Source: Lama glama
Taxonomy: Eukaryota
DNA: 64,000 nt
Direction: 5' to 3'
NCBI GenBank assembly: GCA_028534125.1
Contig: CM052816.1
Location: forward strand, 1,736,001-1,800,000
Shown in pieces: positions 1 to 12,516 of this stretch (position 1 is its first letter; each line of letters starts with the position of its first letter). The position numbers were made by a program, and so were the translations under genes. The notes beneath the pieces are model-generated. The model was not told where the DNA came from. It did not search any database and saw only the letters and a list, made by a program, of their open reading frames with translations.

Positions 1-400
1 AAGCAAATCTTTCCAAGCCAAGTCAGCCCTCCACCATCAAGATGGGTTTTCTGACACCTCCCCTGACCAAATGCTAGAATACGCAAGCCAGACAGAACCA
101 CGGCAATTCTCTCTTGTCCAACTTACTCACTTCACAGATCAGAAAATGGGAGGCTTGAGCAAGGGAAACGAATTTACAAGCTTGCATAACTCCTGAAAGG
201 CAAAACTGATGGAGAACTCAGTCCCTTCTAATCACCAGCCGAGGGACTTCCTAGTCAATCCTTTGTGTTCCACATTCATGATATTTTATTTAACCTTAGA
301 CCGCCTTTATTAATACTCACTTAATTTTTAAATATTTGCTTCTTTTTTTGCTAAAAATAAATGTAAAAGGAAACTATATATCACATGTACTATTAGCAAA

Positions 401-420
401 GGTTCAAGGGTTCAAGTTCA
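401..420 (+). promoter_or_regulatory. Three RGKTCA half-sites (DR2+DR0, composite DR8); candidate retinoic-acid/nuclear-receptor element
   Basis: GGTTCA-ag-GGTTCA-AGTTCA; all three hexamers match RGKTCA exactly. Function not shown. Confidence 0.45.
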
Positions 421-789
421 ACCAAACTAAGACTCCATCAGGTGAAAACTCCATCAAGCTCTTCTCTTTGGGAATGAAAAAGAGTGAAACGGGGATGACC
501 ACACTGGCTTGGTATGAGGGCTGTGAACCTGGGAAATGCCAACCTGCTTCCTCCTGCTTTGTTTTACCTTCTGGTGTCCCCTTACACTATTTTTCACCTG
601 TCACTCACCTTGGTGAATGGTCCCTGGGGGCCTTTTGTATTTTGAGGTTGATTCTAAGCTCCCACAAAGCCGTCCACTTCTTTGCTTCCTTTTATTGTGC
701 ACAGCTCTAGTCAAACCCTCAACACTCCTGCACAGTTAAATTGCTCATATTCCTGCTTGCAGCTAAATCTTGGCCGTGAGTTAGCCCTG

Positions 790-955
790 CGTATGTGTAT
801 TATCTTATTCCATCTTCAGCAGTACCTTTTTAAGCGGGCTATACTACCATTCCCATTTTAGAAATGGGGAAATTGAAGCACAGAGAAATGACTAAACTTG
901 TCCAAGTCCTTAGCTAATAACTTGGAACTACCTGATTCCATAGTCTATGCTCTTG
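790..955 (-). mobile_element. MIR SINE
   Basis: Antisense MIR core: cccattttagaaatggggaaattgaagcacagagaa...acttgtccaagtc. Confidence 0.75.
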
Positions 956-1205
956 AGGATCGTGATACACTGCTTTTCAGCCTAACTTCTGTTCATTTAA
1001 TTTGCTTCAAAAATAGTTTCTAATTTTTTTCTTATGATTCCATCCATGGACTAAGAACATCAGGGCCTAGCAAAGAAGGATACAATTCAGTCCTTGTCCT
1101 TGAGTTTTATATGTCATTAATAAATTCATCAAGTACTTGCTGGCCTATTTTCAAGCTGCAATTTTGTTGAAAAACCAAGACATACATGTTAAAAGTGCAC
1201 GAATA

Positions 1206-1335
1206 GGAGGAAGGGTATAGCTCAAGTGGTAGAGCATGTGCTTAGCATGCAGGAGGTGCTGGGTTCCATTCCCAGTGCCTCCAGTAAAATAAATAAATAA
1301 ACCTAATTATCACCCCTCAAAAAAAACCCTAAATG
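1206..1335 (+). mobile_element. Full-length tRNA-derived SINE (camelid Vic-1-like)
   Basis: tRNA-like head with A box (tagctcaagtggtag) and B-box-like gggttccattccc; tail aaataaataaacctaattatc; 14-bp TSD aaagtgcacgaata (1192-1205) / aaagtgcataaata (1336-1349). Confidence 0.85.
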
Positions 1336-2359
1336 AAAGTGCATAAATAAATAATAGAATCAAATACCAAAATGTACAGAGCAATTGGTAAGAGTTATGG
1401 GCAGGTCAGGAAGGAGATGTAGCACTGTGGCCTGGCCTTATTGAGGAAGGCTTCACAGAAGACATGGCCCTTGGAAAGAGGGAGGGCATTCCAGGTGAAA
1501 GGTTGGAGTGAGCAAATGGACAGAGGTTGCACCAGACATCAGGGCAACTGGAGGCTCCTTTTGTTAATATCTAATAAATTAACAACAACAGAGCAAACAA
1601 ACAGCCAAGCCACGGGGCAGCAGGGGCTTTTACTTCTTTGTTATGATTTTCAGGAATCAACTTTAATAAGCTCTATGAGAAAAAGCATCCTCCACTCTTA
1701 AGAGTGGCATTAGATCAAGGAAGAGGTTTCCTCAAAGATGGTTTAGATTTCAATTGTGTTCCTGACAAAGGTCTGCCACAGTCACGACCTAGATTATCAA
1801 CTCAGGGGAAGGAACCTTTCAGTCAGCCTCAACGCCTCAGAGGAAGGGAAAAAAATCTACCTGTTACGACTGTTCACCTCGGAAGACTTGAGACACACTG
1901 GCAAGGTAGGAGCTTAAGAAATAAGACTTGCTCCTTACAGTTAAGTTCTGAATGCTGTCAATAACTTAGGGCTGGCTCATTATGGACCTATTTCAGCTAA
2001 TCCTCGGCAGGCAACAATCCTCCTCTTCTCAGGGTCTATAGAAACCTGGGGAAGGCTATTCCTTTTTCAGTCAGGTGTGAGGGCAAAGATTATCCATCTT
2101 TAGTAAATCTCCAGGTTCACAGGGTTCCTCTTATTGCGGCAAGTGGAGAATTTGCAGGTCTCTGAAATGCTCAACATCCATTCTGCGTCTTCATGATTGA
2201 AAAGCAGCAATAGCCTGTTCCTTAAGAGTCCCTATCTACCGTCTCTATTAGATGGTAAGCTTTTAGAATAATCATCCATTAATGAATTCTATCAACAACT
2301 GGATGTCTCCTTTCTGTGCATCTTCATTTTAGTGTCTAAATACTGGGTTGCCCTCATTT

Positions 2360-2852
2360 CCACTTGGGGTCTGGTCCTACCTCCATCTCCAGCCTCATCT
2401 CCCACTAACTACCCTATACCTAACACTCTAGGCTCCAGCCGCAGTGACTCTGCTTCCTGTCTGTGATGACAGCCTCCTCCCTCCCACCATGAGGCTTTCA
2501 CACATGCTTATCAATCCTATTTTAACTCAAGTCTCACCTTGACTTCCCCCATCCAACTGCCAGACTAGATTAGCTTCTTGAGTTATAAGCAACTGATTAC
2601 CTGTCCCCTCACTAGTCTGTAAGCTCCATGAGGCAAGGATTTTGTCTGTTTTTGCTCCCCAGCACATAGCACGGCACCTGGCCCATTGCAAGCATTCAGC
2701 ATAAGTTTGTTGTTTGAGAGAATGAATACATGGACAAATGTGGTCCTTCCTCCTGGGGTGCTGTCAGACCATGGCATCTCATGGTCCCAGTGCATAGCAC
2801 AAGGTCTGGCATATGAACACTTTGTAAATGTGTGTTGAAATGAATGAATGAA
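2360..2852 (+). mobile_element. L2 LINE 3' fragments
   Basis: gtaagctccatgaggcaagg...cacctggc; ends tgttgaaatgaatgaatgaa. Confidence 0.75.
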
Positions 2853-3376
2853 ACTTCCATGTGCAAGTCACCACTTTAAAGTACCATGAAGAACAAAAAA
2901 CAGACAAGTAAACACATATTAAAAAGACAGACATGCAAATACATGGTCCCAAACCTCAAGGAGCTTTCAGCAAAAGAAAGAAAACGGGGCAAGTACACAA
3001 ACAACCAAAATACATGGTGAAAAGAATTAGGAGGCTCAAGAGGAGGGCAGACCAAGAGGCTCAGAAAGTTCATAGTCAGGGAAGATCATGTCTGAGCAAG
3101 GGGGAGAGGGAGGAGCACACAGCACGGAAGATGAAGATGAGGCGTTGAGGCTGACAGAAAGGTTCCTTCCCCTGAGTTGATAATCTAGGTTGTGACTGTG
3201 GCAGATAAAAGATAATTTTAGGGAGAAAGTGGCCCTGAGCTCAGCAACTGTTCTAGTCTTTCTCTGGAACCATGTGTCCTGTGCTCTGCTGTTCAGGGCT
3301 ATTCCCAGGGTGGAGGGGGTGCCATCTGCAACCACCCCACTGCTGAGGCCCTTCTCTATTTACGAAGACTCAAAAC

Positions 3377-3748
3377 AGGGGCAGACGATCTAAAACCCTA
3401 CAGGGCCAGGAAGCTACAATAACCAAAAGATACAGGTTGGCTGTGGGACTGTGGCCAATTTTCAAAGCACATCCCCTGTCTGACAAGCAGAGGCAGCTGC
3501 TTCTCAACTACTGCCAGTTGTTGTCACATGTGAATAAGGGCTCCGCGTGCTGACGTCTTCTCATATTTCCCCCCCAGAAAAAAAAAGAAATTCCGTTTCT
3601 TAAGTGAAATCTTCCAATTTTCAAATGTTGGCAACTAAGGCAATTTTTTGGTTCGAAAACCACCCTTTGGTCAAGCAAAACACATCTATGGATGGCATCC
3701 AGACTGCAGGCATCATTCAGCCATGCACAGCTGGTTTGCAACCTCTGG
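3377..3748 (+). mobile_element. hAT-Charlie MITE (MER102-like)
   Basis: Termini caggggcag...tttgcaacctctg; internal cctacagggccagg and ttttcaaatgttggcaact as recalled for MER102. Confidence 0.6.
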
Positions 3749-3799
3749 CCTACACAGATGGGACTCGTGAAAATTGAAACCAATGTTTTGCACCCACAA

Positions 3800-4160
3800 G
3801 ATTAGTAAATGTTAAGAAATCTGTTCAAATCAAACATTGCCAAGGAAGTGGAGCAACAGGAACGCTCAGACACGGCTTCCGGGAGTGATGATTGGAACAG
3901 CCGCTCTGGAAAATAAATGGTGCGATCTTGGAAAGATACGGATATGCATATCCTATTAGCTAGCAGTTCCACTCCCAGGCATATGTTCTAAAGAAATCGT
4001 TGCAAATGTGCACAAAGAAACATATATAAGAATGCTGATAGCTGGACTGTTTATTAATAGCAAGAAACAGGAAACAAACCAAATGCCAGTTGCCAGAAGA
4101 ATAAATAATCTGTGGCTCACTCGTAGGACAGGATGAAAATAACAGAAGTGCTATCAATTA
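3800..4160 (+). mobile_element. Old L1M fragment (degenerate ORF2 3' end)
   Basis: agcagttccactcccagg; tttattaatagcaagaaacaggaaacaaaccaaatgcc. Confidence 0.7.
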
Positions 4161-4264
4161 AGATGGATCTGATATTAGGTTCACATGACCCCCAAGGGCT
4201 TTCCATCTCTAAAGGGAAACATTCTTGGATATTGCTAACCTACTGTTAGTGGGACTTTTATTCA

Positions 4265-4465
4265 TCTAGCAACTGTAAGCATCCATGTGCCTGGCAATTT
4301 GCTGGGTGCTGGGGAAGCAGTGGCTAACCCAAAAGATACTGTCCCTGCCCTCACAGTGTGGTAGGAGACAACCGGAAACAACCAAACAGGCAAATAGAGA
4401 ATCACAAATGATGAAAGAGCAGGGTGCTCTGAGAAAGCTCAACAGAGGAAGGAAGAACAGAGAGT
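4265..4465 (-). mobile_element. L2 3' end, interrupted by an L1; continues at about 5306-5520
   Basis: Antisense L2 tail (ttcatctagcaactgtaagcatccatgtgcctggc); L2-like sequence resumes after the L1 (gacatttaaattgagacctgag). Confidence 0.65.
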
Positions 4466-4472
4466 ATTTCAA

Positions 4473-5305
4473 CTTTTTATTTTTTTAATTTTTTAAATTG
4501 AAGTATAGTCAGTTTACAATGTTGTGTCAATTTCTGGTGTACAGCATAATAGTTCAGTCATACATATATTCATTTTCATATTCTTTTTCATTATAGATTA
4601 CTGCAAGATATTGAATATAGTTCCCTGTGCTATACAGTATTAACTTGTTGTTTATCTATTTTATATATATATTAGTTAGTATCTGCAAATCTCAAACTCC
4701 CAATTTATCCCTTCCTACCTGCTTCCCACCCTGGTAACCATAAGTTTGTTTTCTATGTCTGTCTTTCTGTTTTGTAAATAAGTTCATCTGTCTTTTTCTT
4801 AGATTCCACATATAAGTGATATCATATGGTATTTTTCTTTCTCCTTCTGCCTTACTTCACTTAGAATGACATACTCCAGGGCCATCCATGTTGCTGCAAA
4901 TGGCATTATTTTATCACTTTTTATGGCTGAGTAGTATTTCATTATATAAATAGACCACAATTTATTTATCCAGTCATCTGTCAATGGACATTTAGGTTGT
5001 TTCCATGTCTTGGCTATTGTAAATAGTGTTGCTATGAACATCGAGGTGCATGTATCTTTTTGAATTAAAGTTCCCTCTGGATATGTGTCCAGGAGAGGGA
5101 TTGCTGGATCATATGGTTAAGTCTGTTTTTAGTTTTTTAAGGAATCTCCATACTGTTTTCCATAGTGGCTGCACCAAACTATATTCCCACCAACAGTGTA
5201 GGAGTGTTCCCTTTTCTCCACAACCTCTCCAGCATTTATCGTTTGTGGACTTTTTAATGATGGCCATTCTGACTGGTATGAGGTGATACCTCATTGTAGT
5301 TTTGA
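4473..5305 (-). mobile_element. Younger 5'-truncated L1: ORF2 C-terminus, 3'UTR and A-rich tail
   Basis: Minus-strand ORFs [15 protein letters not shown]...[18 protein letters not shown] (CCHC domain) and [19 protein letters not shown]...YHMISLICGI are the canonical L1 ORF2 end; T-rich tail at about 4473-4495. Confidence 0.95.
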
Positions 5306-5922
5306 GCAGTATAGGTGGAATGGGGAGGAGTACAGAGAGTTAGGGATATCTTCTCTGTAGAAGGGACATTTAAATTGAGACCTGAGAAGTTAGCTAGGAA
5401 AAGAGAGCAGAATAAAACCAGGCAGAGGAAACAGCCCTGCAAAGACCCTGAGTCTGGCAAAAGCTTAGCTCCTTGGAGGAAATGAAAGAAGCTCAGCCCA
5501 GCAGAAGCATGGGACACTAACACTCAAAGCCTCACTACCAAAAAGGAGTAATCTGTGTTTAGCCTTCAATTTTCAAGATGAGTGGCAAGTCAGAATGATG
5601 GATGAAATCTAAATGACAGAACAAAACTAACTGGGTTTAATCTGCAGGCTCTTGCTGCAGTAACATGAAATGCTACTACACTGGCTGGAAGGAAAATGAG
5701 AGTAAGCTCCAATTTCTCTATTCTGCTCATGCTGCAAGTTCAAGATAAGGTTAAGTCCACTCAGGGGATCAGAGTTCATTACCCCAAATAGTTTCAGATA
5801 TGGGAGATAGACAAATTCATGTGAGGTACTCAGCTCCATGCAAGAAGGGTATTACAATCATTCAGTGGTTGCTTTTCTCATGGTTTTGAATTCACAGATT
5901 GTTCCATCTCTATGCCATTTCC

Positions 5923-5998
5923 ATATATATATATATACACACATACATATATATGTGTATATATATACACACACACATATATATATATACACACACAC
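5923..5998. repeat. Compound (TA)n/(CA)n microsatellite
   Basis: atatatatatatatacacacatacatatat...acacacacac. Confidence 0.95.
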
Positions 5999-7169
5999 CC
6001 CAACACTCATGCATATACATATACTGCATAACACACACAAATAATTTCAGAATCCAACTTATAAAAGGTTTCTGTCTTTACTGTTTGATCCTTGGTACCT
6101 TGGCCAAAAAAACCAAATTGAGCACATCTCATATGCTACAGTTAAACTCTGAAAAAAATTTTATCTTCTAGGTTAGTTATAAACAGGCCAACAACAAGAA
6201 ACCTTGCTACAGCCCATCAGGGGCCTCATAGCGCACTACTACCTTTTAGGAACAGGCAGGCAGTGTGTTAATTTCAGCAGTGGCTTTTGCCAAAAGCCAT
6301 CCATAACTAATTCTGCAGTCAGATTCCACAAGACCTATTCAGTGTTTGGCTAAATTTCATGGACCATCTCATTTCCTTTTAATTTTTCATTCGTTTGAAT
6401 TTTAAAAAAAGCTAGCAAGCATGGCTTGCATGGATATTTCTAAATTGAAACACAGCAGCATTCTCATTCATTTTGTTGTTTACAGCGCCAGCTCCCACTC
6501 CCCTTTCTTCCCAAGTCTGAAACTTCTCCACAGCTGTTCTGCAGTGCCCACTCTGTGCTCTCAAAGAGCATGACCTGATCTTGTTCCAAGCAAAAGATGT
6601 GGAGAATGGCTTCGTTCCTATCACACAGTTCTTTGATAGTTCACATAGCTCTAGGTGCGTTGAGTATTTGCATCCTAATCACATACCAAACAGCTCCCAT
6701 TTCTAAGAGATCTAAACGAAACTAGCAAGCAAGGAAGGGTGGGCTTCGGGGAGGATGCAGAGTAGAAGTGTCCTGGAGCTATGGGCAAATGAATTCTCTT
6801 GCAGGATCCACACCTCATTTCCCATGAAATTTCCCATGAAAAAAGATAGTCCACTTATATGTGCAGTCCACTTACATGAGCTTATTGGATTCATAAAGTC
6901 CACTGTTTTCTGCTCTCAGATTATTTTTTGAAATTGTAAGGTCAAATCTTTTGAGTTTCTGAACACTGCCTATCTTTTGATTTTCTCCTACCTGTCTGAC
7001 CATGTTCATTCATTCATTCAACAAATGTTTCTGACCACCTGCTAGGTGCCAGGGATTGTGCTAGGCATGAGGGTTACTTTGGTGGGAAGGTCAAGTTATG
7101 GTTTGCAGTCATTCACCCACAAGTCTGTAAGAGGGTTACATATTCACCCAGTGCAAATATAACTTGCTG

Positions 7170-7512
7170 TGCTTCTTGGAGACTGCTTTAGACTTGGCTA
7201 TGTGTCAAGCCCTAGCCAATGGAATGGGAGCAGACGTGATAGACACCACATCCAGGCAGAAGCTTTCAGAGATACCACCAATTTCTGCAGACCTCTTGCC
7301 CTCCTCTCTTTCCTAAAACAGCATGTCCCAGAAAAAGACTGTTCTCGCCACTGAATCCTGGAATAGAAAGGTACATGGAGCAGATGGCTGCCTGGAACAG
7401 AGCAACTGCTGACCTACAGTAGAACATGGTATTACAGGAGTGAAAAAGAAGTGTTCATTGCTGAAAGACACTGAGATTACGGGGTAGACTGGTATGGTAC
7501 CAAACCTGACTA
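7170..7512 (+). mobile_element. MaLR LTR (MLT1-type, old)
   Basis: agccaatggaatgggagcagacgtga...aagacactgagatt...aacctgactaat. Confidence 0.6.
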
Positions 7513-7884
7513 ATGGATTTATTAATGCGGCAAACCCAGATCTAATCATTGCTCTTAATGAATCTAATAGTCTAGACAGGGGAGCCAGACAATAAACATA
7601 CAAACCAACTATTAATTAGGTAACTATCTAATAACATCTCTTTATTCTACACCAACTCCTCTTCCTCACCCAACCAAATGTGGCCCTGTGTTCTCCTCTA
7701 TTCTGGCCTCATTCTCTCCCTTGACTTTATTTAGTCCCATAGCTTCACATCTTTTCAAATGACCCTTCAATCTATTTCCCTAGTCTGGCCTTCACTTACA
7801 AATGCCAGATCCATATTCCAAGCAGACAGCTGGGTATCATGTCTGCAGAACCGTTTTATGCACTTAAACTCAACAGGACTGGAA

Positions 7885-8345
7885 CCAAATGTATCTATTA
7901 CTTCTCATGGCTGTTGTGGGCCACATTCAGGAAGGGCTTAGCTGGGTGGTTCTTCCCTGCGTCTCTTAGCAGTGCTGGCACAGTGAGGGGCTACACCTCT
8001 TTCTCTCTGAGTGTGGTCTTGGGGTCTCTCTTTGTGGTCTTTCCATGGGGGCAAGTTTGGACTTTGTTACAGCATGGCAACCTCTGAGTAGTCAGGTAGT
8101 TTACATGGTGACTGAAGATATCCAGGGTGAAATTATTTCAGACAGTGTGGAAAAAGTTGGCTCACCTTCTATGACTTGCCATCAGAAGTCATGTGTGTCA
8201 CTTTCACTATATTCTTTTGGTTGCAACTGAATGATAAGCTCACTCAGATCAGCTCACTGAAGAGCAGGAGAATTAGACTTTATTTCTGATGTGGCAGGAA
8301 GGAAGATACTGTTGTGGCCATCTTTGGAAAATATAATTTGCCCCA
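7885..8345 (-). mobile_element. MaLR LTR (MLT1-type, old)
   Basis: Antisense MLT1 motifs: cagaagtcatgtgtgtcactttcactatattc...tgtggccatctttggaaaatataatttgcc. Confidence 0.6.
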
Positions 8346-10029
8346 TCATCCATCAGATCCTCTTTCTGACTTCTTTTCTGAGACTGGTATCAAACCTGCC
8401 GTTTTACTTCCACAGCCGTCCTCTGCTTTCTATTCTAATAACACTGTCTTCATGATCAGTTTCAAATAACTTTCAATATGAGTTAACAGTGATGTTAGCT
8501 GAACCTCTACTCCAATGTCTCTTCTTTCTCTCCACTACTATCCAGTCTGTCTTTCTAAAGCACAGTCCTAATCATGTCACACAACTGCAGAGTAGATGGC
8601 ACAGAGTTGGTACTTGTTAAATTGGGTTTTCCTAAAAATTTTTGAGGACACTCCATTATCCTGTTGAGTTAGGTACAAAATCCTTGGTCTGACATTGAAA
8701 GCCTTCCATAATGTCCATTAATTTATTCAACACTTACTGTGCATTCACTCTGCCAGACACTGTGCTAGGATTTGGGGGCAAAATAGAGACCAGAAAGATG
8801 TTCTCTGCCTTCATGGAGGTAGTGTGTAGTTTGAAAGGGGTTAACATTCATTCATTCATTCATTCAAAAAATGTTTCATGTGTTGAAGATACATACAGCT
8901 GTTTGCTGGAAACACATGGTCCTAATCTATTTTTGGCAGAACAGTGTTAATATAATATTAATGTGGCCACTTTCTGTCCTATTCGACACAATGAATTGAA
9001 TTTCCTGATACTTGTCCTTATGAAATACTCACTCTGAATAATCTGGAGTATGCATTTATTCCCCTTTTGTGTTCAGAAAGTTTCCATTTCTACATTGTAG
9101 TTTATATCGGTCTCTCTGTGTAGAATTCTTCTTATCCCTCCCCAGTCTTCCAGTTCTGTCTCAGATCCTGTCTACCGTAAGAATGTCTTACACTGCTCTC
9201 CAGTTAGTGTGGACTCCTTCTCTTTACACCTCCACAGCATGCCGTTTGTATCTCCCTCAAGCCACTTCTACATTCTGCTTTGTATGTTAGACAATTAAGT
9301 GTGAACCTTCATTCCCCTGCTGGACTACTAGCAAATTGAAGGCAAGGACTGTGTCCTACTCATCTCTATCTGTCTTTGTTACCTATACTTACGGGAGATA
9401 CTCAGTATTTATCTAACTATTGGATAGCCTGGAAACAATGTTGAGAAAATACCAATCTATTGGTAAATTAGGAGTACTGCAGAATTGTTTGGTTATAAAT
9501 TCTCAGAAATTCAACTCAAACTGCCTTCAGCAAACAATGGACGTACTGACTGATATAATAGAGAAGTCTGTGGGTTGTCACTGAGTTGCTTTGTTCTCAA
9601 GACAGGATCGCAGGTTGCCCACCACGCTCATATCCTATGAGATTAGCAACTCCTTAGGGAAGAGAATAACCCTTTGCTAAGTTCCAGGAGTGAGTGTCAT
9701 TGACTCATCTGAGGTTGCATGCACAACCCTGGACCCATCACTGTGTCATGGGGATGTGGTCCTCTGCACTACCACACCCTAGAATGAAGGACCACCCAGG
9801 CTCAGGAGGGACAAATTGTCAAGTATTATTGTGAAGGTTGGACTGATGACAATGATAGACAAAAGAGAGGAGTTAGAAATGGCATATTAACTCCAAGATG
9901 TACCTCAATTCCCCCTTTGCAGGAAAGATGAGCCAAAGCAGAGGGGCAGGAAGTAATCTAGGAGACCTAACCTGAAAGGTCATGTGCAGCAGTTGGACAG
10001 GACTTACCATCGGGACCCCACAGCACTGA

Positions 10030-10510
10030 GGGAATCACGGGTTGGCAAAAGAACAGGAGTCAGGACACCTGAGTTATCTCCCTGGCTCTGTCGCTGACTC
10101 TCTACATGATCTCAGGCAAATCACTTAACCTTTCTGGATCTCAGTTGCCTAATTCCTAAAATAAGCCCAGAGGGCTGTTGAGGTCCGTGACTTCCTTCTT
10201 CGTTTTGACATTCTGCACTTGTTTCTGGAGATGTGTATAACTGATCCTTCCTCATAACAGCTCTGGAATTCACTTCTCCCTGCCTGGTGGCCCAGGTATT
10301 CACAGAGTCATGAAGAGCGTGACTTTTTCCCCTCACCAGCTGAAGGATCAGGAGCGAATTACCCAGTCTCTCTTTGCCTCAGTTTCCTTATCTGTGAAGC
10401 AAGGATAATAACAAGCCCTATCTCTTTGGGTTGTTGTGAGGATATGCGTAAAGTGCTTAGGATAGAGGAAGACATATTTTAAGTGCAACACAACCGTTAA
10501 CTGTCATCAA
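10030..10510 (+). mobile_element. Two MIR fragments (about 10030-10190 and 10360-10510)
   Basis: ggcaaatcacttaacctttctggatctcagtt; gcctcagtttccttatctgtgaag...aaagtgcttag. Confidence 0.75.
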
Positions 10511-10983
10511 AATTACTCACTATGTTGCCTCCTGGCTTCTCTTAGGATGAAGGCTCTTGAAGACAGGACATGGGAAGATGGACAGTGTATGACAGACACA
10601 TTTCCTTGGTCATGCATACAATTCAGAAGTGGCCACAATGACAGTCTCCTTTGGGCTTGAAGAAGGAAACGAGCCCATGATGGGTATGACAGCCATAGAT
10701 TTGGAACCCCCAGTCAGACCATATGATTTCACAATTCTGATTACTCTTATCAGGCAAGTGAGAAAGGTCATTTGAAACAAAAGCTATCTTGCATTCTTGC
10801 CATAATTATGGGTAGATTTCATTAGCCTGAATCCACAGCCCTGTCTCTTCAACAAACACTTTAACAGCCCAAGAAGAACCACTTGCATTAGACTCAGACC
10901 CAGACATACGATGCTCTTGCTCCCTGAGACCTGCTTTCTAGATGCTTCAGGGACAGAACAGCACTTAGGAACATAAGTCAATT

Positions 10984-11050
10984 TCTCTCTCTTGCTCTCT
11001 CCCTCTCCCCCTCTTTCTCTCTCTCTCACACACACACACACATATAACAC
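10984..11050. repeat. (CT)n-(CA)n microsatellite
   Basis: tctctctct...ctcacacacacacaca. Confidence 0.9.
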
Positions 11051-12264
11051 CCCTTCTTTTTTCCTCCCAAAGGCTTAAGTTCCACCAATTTCAGATTCCT
11101 CCAGAAAATTCCAGATGAATTATTTTCCAAAATCTCCCTTGTCAGTACTGCCTCTTAGTGCCAACGTCCTCTGTGCAGAAAAAAAAATAAAAAAAATACA
11201 ATAAAATAAGAACACCTGCAACTGATGGGCCCTGGCTGGCTTCTGAAAACAACTCCATTCCACTGACAATGGCTACTGGGAATTGTTTCCAAAACCCAGT
11301 GCCCCTCTACTACGAAGATGTCTTGGGGCCGAGGGCAGAGGAGGAAAGACCCCGACTGGCCCTGAACACTGAGGGCCTTGGTCAGCACAGCAACCTGCAT
11401 CTGTGTTTTTTCTTCCAAAGGCTATTTGGAAGAAATATTATTATTCCCATGTCTCACATCAACCCTGTGAGTAGTACATTATACTAACATTATTGTCATT
11501 TTACAGACAAGGCAACTGAGGCTCAGAAAAAGGAAATGACTTTAAAAAAAAGTCCAACTGGACCAAAAATCTGTGTCTCCTCAGGCATTTACTTCAATGA
11601 TTTTTTTTTCCAAGAATAACAAATAGGATTTTGTTCATATGCCATTTCTAGTCCATTGAGGGTGGCCGACCAGATATCCATCATTGAGAAGCCTTCTAAA
11701 GCCATGCCTAGGGTTCTATTTGACTAGCAATGTCTGGCATGGCATGGTTAGGAAACTCGTAGCAAATCTGCCAGGTATCTGCCATCCTATGCTATCTTAT
11801 GGTATCTAAATTCCAATCTCATCCCTGTGTTTTAGCAGTCAGTAGATCACTGTATCTCAGAAGTATCTCTTTTCATTGCAAGTAAGCTTAAAGACACTTA
11901 AGCCAAAAAGGAAATTTCATTAAAATATGGAGCTCTTAGAACCCAATGATTAGAAATGCTTACATGCCTCTCCATGGGCTTAAACCAAAAACTGAACTGT
12001 CATCAGGAAGCCCAGCAGACTTTCCCTATTTACTTTCTTTGTCTCTGACTGACTCTCTGTCTCTGAGTCTTTCTAGCCCAGCCCCACCCTTTTTCTTCTC
12101 CCTCTCCCTCAACTCTTCCTTCTCTTGCTTCTCTCTTTCTCTCTCTTTCTGGAACCATGTGTTCATTTACCTCTGCATCCCTCTGAACACTTGTTTCATT
12201 CTTCCTTCCCTGTGGATTAGTTTTCTCTCTTTCTCCAGGCACATGTGACAAGATCAAGAGTAGC

Positions 12265-12516
12265 CCTTTCCAAGAGAAATACAATTTGAGTCACAAATGT
12301 AATTTTAAAAACTTGAGTAGACATATTAAAAAATTAAGGTTAAAAAGGTAAAATTATTTTTTAAATATACTTTCAAGTCAAAATATAAACATGTGATGAA
12401 CATTTAAAAATTTTAATGAGATAGTCTAAGTTTTTTCTTCAGGCCAAGTCTTTGAAGTCTAATGTGTAGTGTACACTGACAGGATATCTCAGTTTGGATT
12501 GGCCACATTTCAGTGG
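12265..12516 (+). mobile_element. hAT-Charlie MITE (MER3/MER33-like) inside an old MaLR-like LTR (about 11850-12770)
   Basis: gagtcacaaatgtaattttaaa...atctcagtttggattggccacatttcag; flanks resemble antisense MLT1. Confidence 0.55.

Noticed and set aside
1206..1282. tRNA gene
   Set aside because: Followed by a SINE body and tail, flanked by a TSD, and related copies occur in the window.
4799..5294. Protein-coding gene
   Set aside because: Fragments of a 5'-truncated L1 ORF2, split into separate short ORFs.
5838..6171. His/Ile/Tyr/Thr-rich ORFs
   Set aside because: Translation of a TA/CA microsatellite.
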